From NCBI RefSeq assembly GCF_009914755.1, contig NC_060931.1: DNA of 64,000 nt. One strand, given 5' to 3'. Shown one piece after another: positions 62,182-64,000 of this stretch (the stretch's first letter is position 1; every line of letters begins with the position of its first letter). The notes below the pieces were generated by a model that made no database searches, was not told the DNA's origin, and was given only the letters and a program-made list of their open reading frames with translations. This DNA comes from the human T2T-CHM13v2.0 reference genome, Homo sapiens. A program made the translations under genes and the position numbers.

Positions 62182-62382
62182 CCATTTTCCCATTTCCCCA
62201 GATAATACTCACCAGTGGTGCTTGCGGCTGCAACATTTATCTTGATGTAACTGCCAGAAAATATCTTGCTTTTATTATTTTCCCATTGCTCTAGTATATT
62301 GACTTTGGAAACAAAAGACGTCATTCTACTCATAGCATTCTATTTTCAGTAGTGGTATTTCCATTTATAAAATATAGTAATT
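62182..62382 (+). mobile_element. MER75 (piggyBac family) 5' portion
   Basis: TTAA target at 62178-62181, then ccattttccc...gcttgcggctgc...gctctagtatattgactttggaaacaaaagac, matching MER75 as I recall it; 3' end missing. Confidence 0.8.
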
Positions 62383-62579
62383 TTTATAAATGCCACCATG
62401 CCCAGCCACTTTTAAATATTTCTGACACATTGTATTCATTTATTTTCTGGGGGTGAATTCTTTTATTAGAACATTCAAATTAATAATTTTGTTTGGTTTG
62501 CAAGAAAACTGATGCCATCAAGGAAGATGAAAAGTTACTACACAAATTTCAACAAAGATTTCTATAATTTATAAATGAG

Positions 62580-62887
<308 letters not shown>

Positions 62888-64000
62888 TCATTTTTTAATT
62901 TAATAATCCCAGTCTCAGATGCCCTTTCATTCTTTGAATTTGCATATCTCTATAATATTTCTCTTTCAAAATTTTCTGGTTGTCTTATATATAATACCTT
63001 GTATAAGCTGATCTAGCAGTGGCTAGATAGGATCAGATTCAGGTTTGGATTTTGGCAAGGATGCCTCATAGATCATGTTGTGTGCTTCAATTAGGAGCCA
63101 CATATTTAGTTCTTTATTTTTATTAATGTTAACAGCCATTGATTAGACCCAGTGTTCGTTAGGAGCTGCAAAATGGTGATATTGCAGTTCCATCATTCTG
63201 TAAAGAGAAACATCTACATTAACTACAGGTATTTGGTTATCCTGAGGTACAGTTAACACACTGTATTTGAATAAGAGGGTTTGAGCTCTCCAGAGAACCT
63301 ATCACTATTTATAAGATTTCTTAGGGGTTTTAGTTTCAGAAGTACAGATACATCAACTTGGTGCTGACGGCAGCTCCATCCAAAGCAGAAGAAACTGTCT
63401 TCTTCCCCACTTGGCAGTACTTGCTGTGATGCTAGGAAAGGATTTTGTAATTCAAGTGTTCATTCATCACCTGTTAAGTACTTATATTTAAGATAAATAA
63501 CATTAAGTATTTTAACACTTCCCCCCAAATAAAGACCCTAATCTTTGTATTTATTAGTAATTAACACTAGGTAAATTAATTTTTGGCCATTATATATTGA
63601 CAAAAATCTATTATAATGGAAATATTTTTGAAAATCTAAATTTTATCTAGAAATCCATGAAGGATATCCAGTTATTATTAGGGCATTTGGACTAATTGAT
63701 AAGGAGTTGAGTTGGAAAACTACTCTCCAGATGGAGATTTCAATTCATTTTAACTCACAAGTATGACTTAAATATCTACTCTTAGTTCTTAAGTTGCATA
63801 ACGTGTAAGCATGGCTCTCAAGTCAAAGATATGTAGCTGAATTTGAAGCAAAGCAAACTGATTGGTCTATGAGAAGTGTAAGTAGAGCACTTGGAAGTAT
63901 AAAGGAGGGTCAGTTAAATGTAGCAGGCTTAAATTGTGCAGAGCTTGATGGATGTTTAGATAGTCAACAGGAAAGAAAGGGTGGAACAAGTTTGAGGCAG

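Overview
Primate (human-like) genomic DNA, not microbial. About 39 Alu copies plus L1, L2, MIR, MaLR/ERV LTR and DNA-transposon relics are interspersed with unique sequence. I find only two coding exons, both on the + strand and both with canonical splice sites: 40993-41094 ([34 protein letters not shown]) and 57398-57433 (SSAPSSLGTGYF). Spliced together they give a contiguous peptide that I recognise from memory as the N-terminal region of AUTS2 (exons 3 and 4). The window therefore covers the end of intron 2, exon 3, the ~16.3 kb intron 3, exon 4 and the start of intron 4. Nearly all ORFs in the supplied track are Alu/L1 read-throughs or chance ORFs. I see no convincing new biological system. 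The items worth a second look are: inverted and direct Alu pairs tightly flanking in-frame exon 3; repeat-free, motif-rich blocks that look like conserved enhancers; a UGC motif at the exon 4 acceptor; and several small rearrangement scars (an inverted triplication, a perfected hairpin, a collapsed inverted-Alu fusion, a ~195-bp duplication) plus a perfect 24-bp palindrome. Repeat subfamily names and boundaries were judged by eye and are approximate.
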